A stretch of DNA of 64,000 bases, from positions 1 to 64,000 of IMG/VR virus record IMGVR_UViG_3300028569_002417. The stretch is one strand, 5' to 3'. A program made the translations under genes and the position numbers. The notes below the pieces were generated by a model. The model was not told the origin of the DNA and ran no database searches. It was given only the letters and a program-made list of their open reading frames with translations. Numbering within the stretch: position 1 is the stretch's first letter; each line of letters opens with the position of its first letter. This document shows, in pieces, positions 1 to 6,911 of this stretch.

Positions 1-105
1 GTTGCACCAGCACCAGAAGTTGCACCAGCACCAGAAGTTGCACCAGCACCAGAAGTTGCACCAGCACCAGAAGTTGCACCAGCACCAGAAGTTGCACCAG
101 CATAG
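1..105 (+). CDS. 3' end of a protein with VAPAPE tandem repeats (partial)
   Basis: 18-bp unit gttgcaccagcaccagaa x5 plus a partial copy, in frame, ending at TAG 103-105. Confidence 0.75.
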   Translation, partial: VAPAPEVAPAPEVAPAPEVAPAPEVAPAPEVAPA

Positions 106-139
106 AGTTGAATTTAATTAATCGTAACTATAACAAGTT

Positions 140-772
140 ATGTTTTACTTTATTCTTCCTGATTGTTGTATAGCATTTAATGCCAAGGTTGCGTCAACAG
201 CCTTGGCATTTTCTATTGTTCATAAGTATTATCCTGAAAGATTAGTAGATACTTTAGAGAGGCACAGAAAGAACACAGAGGGATTATCTGCTGAATTCAT
301 AAAAACATTGCCTGAATCTATTCAAAAATCCATATACAATGATAAATGTGATTCTGTGGCATTTTGGCAGAGTGTATGTTTAACAAAACCAAATCCTAAT
401 CCTCCGATTCTTTTATTGGTAAGAGAGCCTGTTGACAGGTTTATATCTGCTGTTGCTCATTTGCAAATTGATCCAGAGGTAACGATAAGTGCTTTGGAAT
501 CAAATGGGAAGATGGTTTTTCAAAAACTGTCGAGAAACGCCAGAAATGATACTCATTTGTTGCCGCAGCATATTTATAATGGTCCTGATACAAAGTTATA
601 CAAGTTTCCTGATGATTTAGAGAAACTTTGTCGTGATGCGAATCTTGATTGGCCATTGCCTAGAGTAAATGAAGGCAAATATACTAAGCCTGTTTTGACG
701 GAAGATCAAATTAGAAGAATAGAGGCATATTATTCTGAAGACATGAAAATTTGGAATTCAATGAACGGTTAG
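140..772 (+). CDS. sulfotransferase family 2-like protein
   Basis: AKVAST (5'-PSB-like), VREPVDRFISA (3'-PB-like), HLLPQ and C-terminal Y.ED motifs. Confidence 0.65.
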   Translation: MFYFILPDCCIAFNAKVASTALAFSIVHKYYPERLVDTLERHRKNTEGLSAEFIKTLPESIQKSIYNDKCDSVAFWQSVCLTKPNPNPPILLLVREPVDRFISAVAHLQIDPEVTISALESNGKMVFQKLSRNARNDTHLLPQHIYNGPDTKLYKFPDDLEKLCRDANLDWPLPRVNEGKYTKPVLTEDQIRRIEAYYSEDMKIWNSMNG

Positions 773-795
773 TTATTCCAAGAAGAAAAAAGAAA

Positions 796-1179
796 TTAAT
801 AATCTTTTGGCATATGAATATATTTTCTGATTTCATAATCTATCTCAGGTTTATCGTGTCGTTGTAAAAAATATACATTATTTTTTATTTCAAAATCACA
901 AATTTTATTTATGCTTTCCACATCGCTCAAAATCCATTCCCAGCTTGATTCGGCACGATGTTGGCCACAAACAGCCATGTAGATGGTATTAATCATTTTT
1001 CCAGACCTATTGAGGTTATAGCTACGATTATTGCCTGCGTTAAATTGCAGGACGAAATTGATCCATTCTAAGGATGCTTCTTTCAAAATTCCAATAAATA
1101 AATCATTATTTAGCAAAGATTTGTCTTCGATTACTTTCTTTATGAGTTTCGAGAAAATTTTTGGCGTTTCGAGTTGCAT
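796..1179 (-). CDS. hypothetical protein
   Basis: 127-aa ORF with GAGG upstream. Confidence 0.65.
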   Translation of the reverse strand: MQLETPKIFSKLIKKVIEDKSLLNNDLFIGILKEASLEWINFVLQFNAGNNRSYNLNRSGKMINTIYMAVCGQHRAESSWEWILSDVESINKICDFEIKNNVYFLQRHDKPEIDYEIRKYIHMPKDY

Positions 1180-1327
1180 TTGAATAGCCTCTTCTATTGA
1201 GCTAGACTTGCCTTGAGATGGTTATTGCACTCTTGTTTAGTGAGAAAATAAAGGCCAGTTACTTAAGAAAGAAAGTTGGAAATAATTAAAATTATTTTGT
1301 TTATATTGATAAATAGCTTGAGGTTTT

Positions 1328-1813
1328 ATGAATAATTATTTTTATGAATCGAGTTATCTGCATTATTTAGCTGGTGTTATCAATGAGGATCAGTATCATG
1401 AGATATTGGGGTTTAATCTTCTTTCTCGTCCTGATTCAGACAAGGGTACTTTAGGTTTATATGATATTAATTTTGATAACAATCTGATGCATATTGATCC
1501 TGTTCGTTCAAGGGATGGTCTTAGTCCAGAGCAAAGTCGTCTTGCTAGCAAGAGTCGTATAAAGACTACTTTGGAGCTTACAGACGATCAGTTGGATGAT
1601 TTTGTTGATTCATTTGGTGATGACATTGCGAAGCATAAGTTGAAGGTTTATAAAAAATATAGTGTTAAATTTAACCATACGATTAGAGATGCCAAGTTAA
1701 AGATTATTGGGGACAAGTTGCACATTGATGCTTTGAACATTCACAGTGATTGTTTTGATTTTGCTTGTTTTATTGAGCTTTCTCCAGATCAGGTTTTTCA
1801 GATTAGAAGATAG
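1328..1813 (+). CDS. hypothetical late/virion protein with LAGVINE N-terminal motif
   Basis: TAAATA motif upstream; N-terminal motif shared with 9635-10831 and 53664-54392. Confidence 0.7.
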   Translation: MNNYFYESSYLHYLAGVINEDQYHEILGFNLLSRPDSDKGTLGLYDINFDNNLMHIDPVRSRDGLSPEQSRLASKSRIKTTLELTDDQLDDFVDSFGDDIAKHKLKVYKKYSVKFNHTIRDAKLKIIGDKLHIDALNIHSDCFDFACFIELSPDQVFQIRR

Positions 1814-2227
1814 TTGTCATTATGTGGATATCATGCTGTTGGCACTGAATATCAAGGGACAAGTTTTCCGATGCCTTGGGGTGCAGCGTACATTACTGAA
1901 GAAATAAGGGATTTGAATTTAATGACTAAAACATCTATTTGTGAAAAATGCAAGATTTGGATTTACGATAGAGATTATGATACTGGATGGCAACTTAGGA
2001 TAAGGCTTGGTAATAAACCTCATCATGCATTTAGGCAAATTCAAAATCAAGTGCCAGATTTAGGAAAATACAATACTGGATATTCACAAACATATGTTTA
2101 TGATACAAAAGTTATTGCACATCATCTAAAAGGTGGAAGTCAAATAGAGGGATCTTATACGGAAGAACAAGTGAAAGAAATAAGAGGAAAGTATACAGAA
2201 TGGATTTGGAGTCAGTTGTATGATTAG
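1814..2227 (+). CDS. hypothetical protein
   Basis: 137-aa ORF abutting the previous stop; TTG start uncertain. Confidence 0.6.
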   Translation: MSLCGYHAVGTEYQGTSFPMPWGAAYITEEIRDLNLMTKTSICEKCKIWIYDRDYDTGWQLRIRLGNKPHHAFRQIQNQVPDLGKYNTGYSQTYVYDTKVIAHHLKGGSQIEGSYTEEQVKEIRGKYTEWIWSQLYD

Positions 2228-2406
2228 TAAATCACTTCTGGTTCTTCTTCTTTAATATTCCAACATTTAGAAGAATCAGGAAAACTAACTGGATATCCCA
2301 TTTTCCATTCTAAACTGATTCCAAGTTCATGTCTACCAAAGGCATAATGTGTCATATTTTTGTTCCAGCATTTTTCTTGGCTGATATGATAAATGTTTCT
2401 TGTCAT
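2224..2406 (-). CDS. small hypothetical protein (microprotein array, distal member)
   Basis: 60 aa, ATGA overlap with the upstream gene, two CWN motifs. Confidence 0.5.
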   Translation of the reverse strand: MTRNIYHISQEKCWNKNMTHYAFGRHELGISLEWKMGYPVSFPDSSKCWNIKEEEPEVIY

Positions 2407-2421
2407 GCTGTTTGTTCGCTT
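2393..2421. repeat. 29-bp direct repeat copy 1 (copy 2 at 3226-3254)
   Basis: atgtttcttgtcatgctgtttgttcgctt vs atgtttcttgttatgttgtttgttcgctt, 27/29 identical. Confidence 0.85.
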
Positions 2422-3176
2422 TTTAATTCTTGCAAAAGATTAAAAAGTCTTTGTTGGAATTTACGCCAAAGTGTTGGTTTAGTTTTCCAATGCATCAAAG
2501 CCTCATAATCATTTCTGTTGATTATGCTACTGGTTATATCGTAATTTCCAGTTCTAAGAAATTCTTCTAATACTGATATTATTCTAGATTTATATTGTTC
2601 GTCTGTGTCATAAAATCTAAATTTAATATCAGACAAGATGCCCATTCCATAAGCATCAAATTCTTCTGGTGATTTATAATAAGAAGACACATTTCCCTGT
2701 GAAAAAAATTGTTTTCTTTCTGATGCTTTTTTTGCCCTATTTTCAGGATTTATTATTTGTGGATTAAGTTTTGGGTCGATTGCATGTATTGTTTCGTGAG
2801 ATAGTGCATTAACTATTGGTGGTATTTTTCTTCCGTTAGTATTAATGAAAAAGTTTCTGTTTTCTCTGAATATAATCAGAGATCTAATATTCATAACAAT
2901 TTCATCTGTCTTTGGATTATAATGTGCCATCCAATTATCGCCCAAGTCTTGAAGATAAACTGGAACTGATCTTCTTCCATCTTTTCTTTTAATTTCTCCG
3001 ACAAGAACTTTTTTTATAAAAGTTCTTGTATACAAATCATATAAATCTTCTTCAGAAGACTTTGAAATGACTATTTTCAATATTTTATCAGCGACTAAAT
3101 AAACATCTTCTTGTTGATCTTTATCAAGCTGCATGAACTTGCTTTCATTTATCATCCATTTTTTGAAATTTAACAT
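2403..3176 (-). CDS. HExxH zincin-like metallopeptidase domain protein with capsid-targeting-like N-terminus
   Basis: HETIHAID and downstream YYKSPEEFDAY; N-terminus MLNFKKWMINES; ctaaataatttATG upstream. Confidence 0.7.
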   Translation of the reverse strand: MLNFKKWMINESKFMQLDKDQQEDVYLVADKILKIVISKSSEEDLYDLYTRTFIKKVLVGEIKRKDGRRSVPVYLQDLGDNWMAHYNPKTDEIVMNIRSLIIFRENRNFFINTNGRKIPPIVNALSHETIHAIDPKLNPQIINPENRAKKASERKQFFSQGNVSSYYKSPEEFDAYGMGILSDIKFRFYDTDEQYKSRIISVLEEFLRTGNYDITSSIINRNDYEALMHWKTKPTLWRKFQQRLFNLLQELKSEQTA

Positions 3177-3225
3177 AAATTATTTAGTTTGTTTATTCGT
3201 TTATTTTCCAATGATAGGAAAATGT

Positions 3226-3254
3226 ATGTTTCTTGTTATGTTGTTTGTTCGCTT
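3226..3254. repeat. 29-bp direct repeat copy 2
   Basis: matches 2393-2421. Confidence 0.85.
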
Positions 3255-3442
3255 CTTTTCCAGTGAAGTGAAAATGAATGTCTCTTGGTCCAATGAAGGG
3301 CGCAAGATCTAAACATAGACCAAGAGCAAAACCAACTCATTGACCATGATTTGGATTTTCTATTTTGTCTTATAATAATAGACGTTGACCTATCGCCAGA
3401 CCAGCAATGATTCTCTGATACATTTTCAGTGTGTCTGTGCAT
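3236..3442 (-). CDS. Trp/Ser-rich microprotein
   Basis: 68 aa, CWS and SWSMSWFCSWS motifs. Confidence 0.55.
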   Translation of the reverse strand: MHRHTENVSENHCWSGDRSTSIIIRQNRKSKSWSMSWFCSWSMFRSCALHWTKRHSFSLHWKRSEQTT

Positions 3443-3680
3443 TTTCTTTCCTATCTAAACAACTGCTTTTTGAACTATCTTTCCAGTGAAGAGATATTTT
3501 TACATCATGTATAATTTTCAAATTCCAGTTAGCAGATCTGTTTATATCAAATATATTTGATTCAGAATAATGTAAAACACCATGATCAGATCGACATAAT
3601 GTGTCGAAACTAAACTTAGAAAAAGAAATAAATCCCGTGAAAGGGAAGCATGACGATAAATTATTTCTTTTGAATATCAT
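3426..3680 (-). CDS. small protein of the array (MIFK start)
   Basis: 84 aa, ATGA-coupled, SLHWK motif shared with the neighbour. Confidence 0.55.
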   Translation of the reverse strand: MIFKRNNLSSCFPFTGFISFSKFSFDTLCRSDHGVLHYSESNIFDINRSANWNLKIIHDVKISLHWKDSSKSSCLDRKENAQTH

Positions 3681-3913
3681 GACTTAAAGCTTCTCTGCCA
3701 GACTTTTGAATCGGGATTTTGCTGGTAGGTCCATTCGCACCCTGTTGCTTCGAGCATTACTACATGAGCAATGCTTTCCAATTCTGTCTGATACTGATTG
3801 GCATCATCATATCTTAAGGTGTCTTCGGCTTTTTCAAGAGCCTCATGTCGATCATTTGCAATCACATCAATCGTGTGTGTTTGCGTTGACGTAATCTTAA
3901 CAGTGTACTTCAT
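3677..3913 (-). CDS. DpnD/PcfM-like small protein
   Basis: MKYTVKITSTQTHTIDVIANDRHEALEKAE pattern; GAGGAG SD before ATG at 3913. Confidence 0.55.
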   Translation of the reverse strand: MKYTVKITSTQTHTIDVIANDRHEALEKAEDTLRYDDANQYQTELESIAHVVMLEATGCEWTYQQNPDSKVWQRSFKS

Positions 3914-3924
3914 CTTACTACTCC

Positions 3925-4062
3925 TCAAAAAATCATATCATTCCAAGGATAAGAACCAATTATTCTAAACGATCTGAAATATCCACTATCACATCTGCCA
4001 AAACAACAGATGTATCCTTTGTTCAATCTGCTCAAAGGGAGAGAATTTATTTTGAATATCAT
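3925..4062 (-). CDS. 45-aa microprotein (not in ORF track)
   Basis: hand translation MIFKINSLPLSRLNKGYICCFGRCDSGYFRSFRIIGSYPWNDMIF; ATGA overlap. Confidence 0.55.
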   Translation of the reverse strand: MIFKINSLPLSRLNKGYICCFGRCDSGYFRSFRIIGSYPWNDMIF

Positions 4063-4250
4063 ATTTCGCCACCAAATTTAGACCAAGAATCATCATTGGT
4101 CCAAGACCAAGATTCTGTTCTGGAATTATACCAAGACCAAGACCTAGACTTAGCCCACATGCTCGACCATTGATCATATGGCCTAGACCAAGACCTAGAC
4201 ATAAAACACCAAGATCTACTAGACCTTTCCCAAAATATTTTCAAGATCAT
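4059..4250 (-). CDS. Trp/Ser-rich microprotein
   Basis: 63 aa MILK...SRSWSW...FGGEI. Confidence 0.6.
   Translation of the reverse strand: MILKIFWERSSRSWCFMSRSWSRPYDQWSSMWAKSRSWSWYNSRTESWSWTNDDSWSKFGGEI
4093..4176. repeat. 84-bp repeat copy 1 (copy 2 at 6290-6373)
   Basis: 78/84 identical by hand alignment. Confidence 0.85.
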
Positions 4251-4271
4251 AGATCACCATTAAACTCAGAC

Positions 4272-4445
4272 TTAGAACTTATGCCAAGACCTAGACCAAG
4301 ACCTAGACACAAACATGGACACAGACATAGTGCTAGAATTAGCCCACAGTCTTGACCAAATTGACCAAGACACAGACCAAAACCAAGGTCTAGACCAACA
4401 TCTAGAATAATTATCAACATAAAAAAATCTTTGCGATCTTATCAT
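4272..4445 (-). CDS. Trp/Ser-rich microprotein, 57 aa; FNGDL tail shifted out of frame
   Basis: MIRSQRFFYVDNYSRCWSRPWFWSVSWSIWSRLWANSSTMSVSMFVSRSWSRSWHKF; SKSEFNGDL* lies in another frame. Confidence 0.55.
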   Translation of the reverse strand: MIRSQRFFYVDNYSRCWSRPWFWSVSWSIWSRLWANSSTMSVSMFVSRSWSRSWHKF

Positions 4446-4594
4446 ATTTCACCATTATGATAAACAAGTGAATACCTAAACTCAGAACCAGACCAAGACT
4501 TACACCAAGACACAGACCAAAACTCATACCCAGACCAACATCTAGACACAGACCAAGGGTCAGAATGCTTGCACCCAAATGCTTTTAATGTCAT
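4442..4594 (-). CDS. Trp/Ser-rich microprotein, 50 aa
   Basis: MTLKAFGCKHSDPWSVSRCWSGYEFWSVSWCKSWSGSEFRYSLVYHNGEI; ATGA overlaps at both ends. Confidence 0.6.
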   Translation of the reverse strand: MTLKAFGCKHSDPWSVSRCWSGYEFWSVSWCKSWSGSEFRYSLVYHNGEI

Positions 4595-4773
4595 AATTCA
4601 CCATTAAACAAAAAAGACCTATCTGAAGACAAGGACAAGGACAAAGACCAAGACCAAGACCAAGTCACAGACAAAAACCAAGACCTAGCACCAGACTCAG
4701 ACCAAGAATTAGATCTAGACTTAGATTTAGACCAACATTTAACAATTGAAGAACTATTGGTTTTGATGATCAT
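4591..4773 (-). CDS. Trp/Ser-rich microprotein, 60 aa
   Basis: MIIK...WSWSWSLSLSLSS...FNGEL. Confidence 0.6.
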   Translation of the reverse strand: MIIKTNSSSIVKCWSKSKSRSNSWSESGARSWFLSVTWSWSWSLSLSLSSDRSFLFNGEL

Positions 4774-4892
4774 GTATTATCATACCAATGTTTAGGTCGA
4801 AAACAAGCCATGTTCCAAGACCAAGATCTTGTCCAACGCTGAAGCACAGACCAGCATCTAGATGACCTGTTACGATTGTTTTTGAAGATCAT
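4770..4892 (-). CDS. Trp/Ser-rich microprotein, 40 aa
   Basis: MIFKNNRNRSSRCWSVLQRWTRSWSWNMACFRPKHWYDNT; ATGA overlaps at both ends. Confidence 0.6.
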   Translation of the reverse strand: MIFKNNRNRSSRCWSVLQRWTRSWSWNMACFRPKHWYDNT

Positions 4893-5101
4893 ATTTCACC
4901 ATTAAACAAAGAATTATTAAACCAAGACCAAGACTCATATAAAGACCTAGACCAATTCTCAGAATCAGCCATAGACCGATTCCCACACCTAGAGTAATAA
5001 ACAGACCAAGACCAAGAGTTAGAGCAATAAACAGACCAAGACCAAGAAATAGATCTAGAGTTATGCTTAATGCGATTGTGACCAACTGTTTTGAAAATCA
5101 T
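4889..5101 (-). CDS. Trp/Ser-rich microprotein, 70 aa
   Basis: MIFK...SWSWSVY x2...LFNGEI. Confidence 0.6.
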   Translation of the reverse strand: MIFKTVGHNRIKHNSRSISWSWSVYCSNSWSWSVYYSRCGNRSMADSENWSRSLYESWSWFNNSLFNGEI

Positions 5102-5262
5102 AAATCACCATTAAACAAAGTCATGCAATCTTCTGAGGATTTAACTATGCTCTGTGACCAACATAGAGATTCTCCCCAAGACCACGAATTGTTCCACCAG
5201 ACTGGAGATCCCCACAGATTGTGTGCAAAAGTTCTACAACAACATTCGCCAGTCCTGAACAT
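5098..5262 (-). CDS. Trp/Cys-rich microprotein, 54 aa
   Basis: GAGGA SD; MFRTGECCCRTFAHNLWGSPVWWNNSWSWGESLCWSQSIVKSSEDCMTLFNGDL. Confidence 0.6.
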   Translation of the reverse strand: MFRTGECCCRTFAHNLWGSPVWWNNSWSWGESLCWSQSIVKSSEDCMTLFNGDL

Positions 5263-5282
5263 AGATCGAATCCTCTATGCAA

Positions 5283-5726
5283 CTACCGTAGAAACTTAAC
5301 CCATCTTTGCTTGGGTTCTGTTGGCTGATCCGTTCTATTAATGACCCCGTCATTTCTTTTCCATTGACCACCATTTGTTACTGCTTCCATAATCCAACCA
5401 CTTGCTTTGAGACTGGTGCCCGGTTCGCTTTGTAATATGTAGGTTTGTATTTTGGTGTAACCCATTTCTTTAGCAATCCGAGCGCAGGCACCATACAGTT
5501 TTGAACAAGCGTTAGGTGTGCCATCAGTGCATAGTCTTGCCACTTCAAGAGTTAAACCATCATCTGAAGCACGAGCAACTGGTCTGCCACAAATAGCAAT
5601 CCCCACATAGATATCATCTTTAGTTAAACCTATGCTAAACTTATGTCCAACGCTAGTTTTATGATGTCGATGCCATTGTAAAACAATTTCATTTGCTTTT
5701 TTTAAGACGATAGGAACAATCTTCAT
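5283..5726 (-). CDS. XF1762-family (Mom-related GNAT-fold) protein
   Basis: HRHH..VGHKFSIG, GRPVAR..DDG.TLEV.RLCTDGT.NACS.LY, E.GTSLKASGW. Confidence 0.85.
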   Translation of the reverse strand: MKIVPIVLKKANEIVLQWHRHHKTSVGHKFSIGLTKDDIYVGIAICGRPVARASDDGLTLEVARLCTDGTPNACSKLYGACARIAKEMGYTKIQTYILQSEPGTSLKASGWIMEAVTNGGQWKRNDGVINRTDQPTEPKQRWVKFLR

Positions 5727-5836
5727 TGCAATCCAATCTCTGCTATTTTACAGTATAATTAGGTCATTCCCTGCGTAAACTGTATTGATATAGTCCTTGC
5801 GAGTCTTTTTCTCAAAGACTATTTGTGTGTTCATCG

Positions 5837-6223
5837 TCACCACCAGCTACTATAAAAAACATAAAGACCATCACCTATTGCTCTTTTAGACTGATAGATG
5901 AAATCAATATCATTTTCAATCGATTTACTATCAGGAGGATTATCGCCAAAGAAAAAACCTTCTGTGTTAGGAAGATTACCTCCTCTGATATCTTTTTCTA
6001 AATCTTCCAAATCTTCTAGCGTAAGCACAACATAATCACAATTGAACTCTCCTGTCCCACCTTTTTTATAATAAAGTTTTTTCATCCATCCATGAAGATC
6101 ATGATGCTTTCTCCAGTAAAATAATTGATTTTTATCGAGTCCTTCCACAAAGACTGGATTTGTGTCTTTCAGTTCAACAACATCTTCTTTTTTTACTGAA
6201 TAAACAAACATGTCAAGTCCCAT
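5837..6223 (-). CDS. conserved phage protein (MGLDM family)
   Basis: MGLDMF...YWRKHHDLHGWM...FNC...GFFFG...YSSWW pattern; AGGAG SD. Confidence 0.8.
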   Translation of the reverse strand: MGLDMFVYSVKKEDVVELKDTNPVFVEGLDKNQLFYWRKHHDLHGWMKKLYYKKGGTGEFNCDYVVLTLEDLEDLEKDIRGGNLPNTEGFFFGDNPPDSKSIENDIDFIYQSKRAIGDGLYVFYSSWW

Positions 6224-6279
6224 AAGACACTCCTATATGCCTGACCAAAACATAGACCAACTCCAAGGCATGGACCTAT

Positions 6280-6492
6280 TTAATCGTTTTCATTGTTCCA
6301 AGACCAAGACTCAGTTCTAGAATTATACCAAGACCAAGACCTAGACATAGCCCACATGTTCGACCATTGATCAACACGAATCCACCATGTGGAACGAACA
6401 TGCCTGTATCCATCAATAGTGCGCCAATTAAACATCATATCAAATCTAGACCATTCTCTAGATTTATTATGCGTATTTGCTCTAAGAATCAT
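6280..6492 (-). CDS. Trp/Ser-rich microprotein (paralog of 4059-4250)
   Basis: likely start MILRANTH; shares DQWS.MWA.SRSWSWYNSRTESWSW. Confidence 0.6.
   Translation of the reverse strand: MILRANTHNKSREWSRFDMMFNWRTIDGYRHVRSTWWIRVDQWSNMWAMSRSWSWYNSRTESWSWNNEND
6290..6373. repeat. 84-bp repeat copy 2
   Basis: matches 4093-4176. Confidence 0.85.
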
Positions 6493-6586
6493 AATGATTC
6501 CAACTGGTAAATCACTCAAAGCGAAAAATGTCACAGCCCTGAATTTCATCGAAATCAGAACTATGACATTACATTAAACCAAGAAA

Positions 6587-6820
6587 TTATTTAGACCTTA
6601 TCTTCTTTTTCTGCTGATTCTGAGGATATCTGGATTGCTGAACGCTTTGCGATGAGTACTTAGGCGATTGCGGTCTTTGTTGAATATATCTGCTGCCAAC
6701 AGATTGCTGATTGCTTCTTGAACTAGCCGACCGGCTAGATGTGGAAGATGGTCATGTTGGGCAATTAGGACTTGACTGTGTCATAACCAAAATACTTGCT
6801 AAAAAACTTAAATTCAACAT
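6587..6820 (-). CDS. candidate secreted selenoprotein, 77 aa, CxxU motif (in-frame UGA at codon 23)
   Basis: AAGGAG SD; MLNLSFLASILVMTQSSPNCPT-UGA then 54 open codons to TAA; SECIS-like hairpin after the UGA. Confidence 0.7.
6723..6751 (-). promoter_or_regulatory. bacterial-type SECIS element (candidate)
   Basis: UGA + 13 nt + CUAGCC-GGUC-GGCUAG perfect hairpin; loop and spacing resemble E. coli fdhF SECIS. Confidence 0.7.
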
Positions 6821-6851
6821 TGTAAACTCCTTATCATGGTGACCCGACATT

Positions 6852-6880
6852 ATCATAATCGGGGGAAAATAAACTTGCAA
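6852..6880 (-). promoter_or_regulatory. sigma70-type promoter
   Basis: TTGCAA-17 nt-TATGAT upstream of the ATG at 6820. Confidence 0.65.
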
Positions 6881-6911
6881 CTAGATTCCAGCCATTTACC
6901 AAAGAAAATAA

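Noticed and set aside
3989-5085. LGLGL and PRPRP ORFs (3989-4177, 4170-4355, 4870-5085)
   Set aside because: Alternative-frame or antisense shadows of the hexamer repeats; only the W/S frame shows chained ATGA coupling.
4059-5115. CRISPR array
   Set aside because: Repeats are short and degenerate, inserts are 150-300 nt open reading frames, and no cas genes are present.
3236-5262. Darobactin/triceptide-type RiPP cluster suggested by W-x-W-S-K/R-S motifs
   Set aside because: No radical SAM maturase or transporter in the window and no conserved leader/core split; kept only as a remote option.
5723-5834. Possible remnant of a DNA methyltransferase C-terminus (GNDL / YCKIAE across a frameshift)
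   Set aside because: Too short and weak to support without an alignment.
5837-6223. Phosphoglycerate kinase label often attached to MGLDM-family proteins
   Set aside because: 128 aa with no PGK motifs; likely propagated misannotation.
4093-6373. DGR template/variable repeat pair
   Set aside because: The six mismatches are not confined to adenines on either copy or strand, and no reverse transcriptase is in the window.
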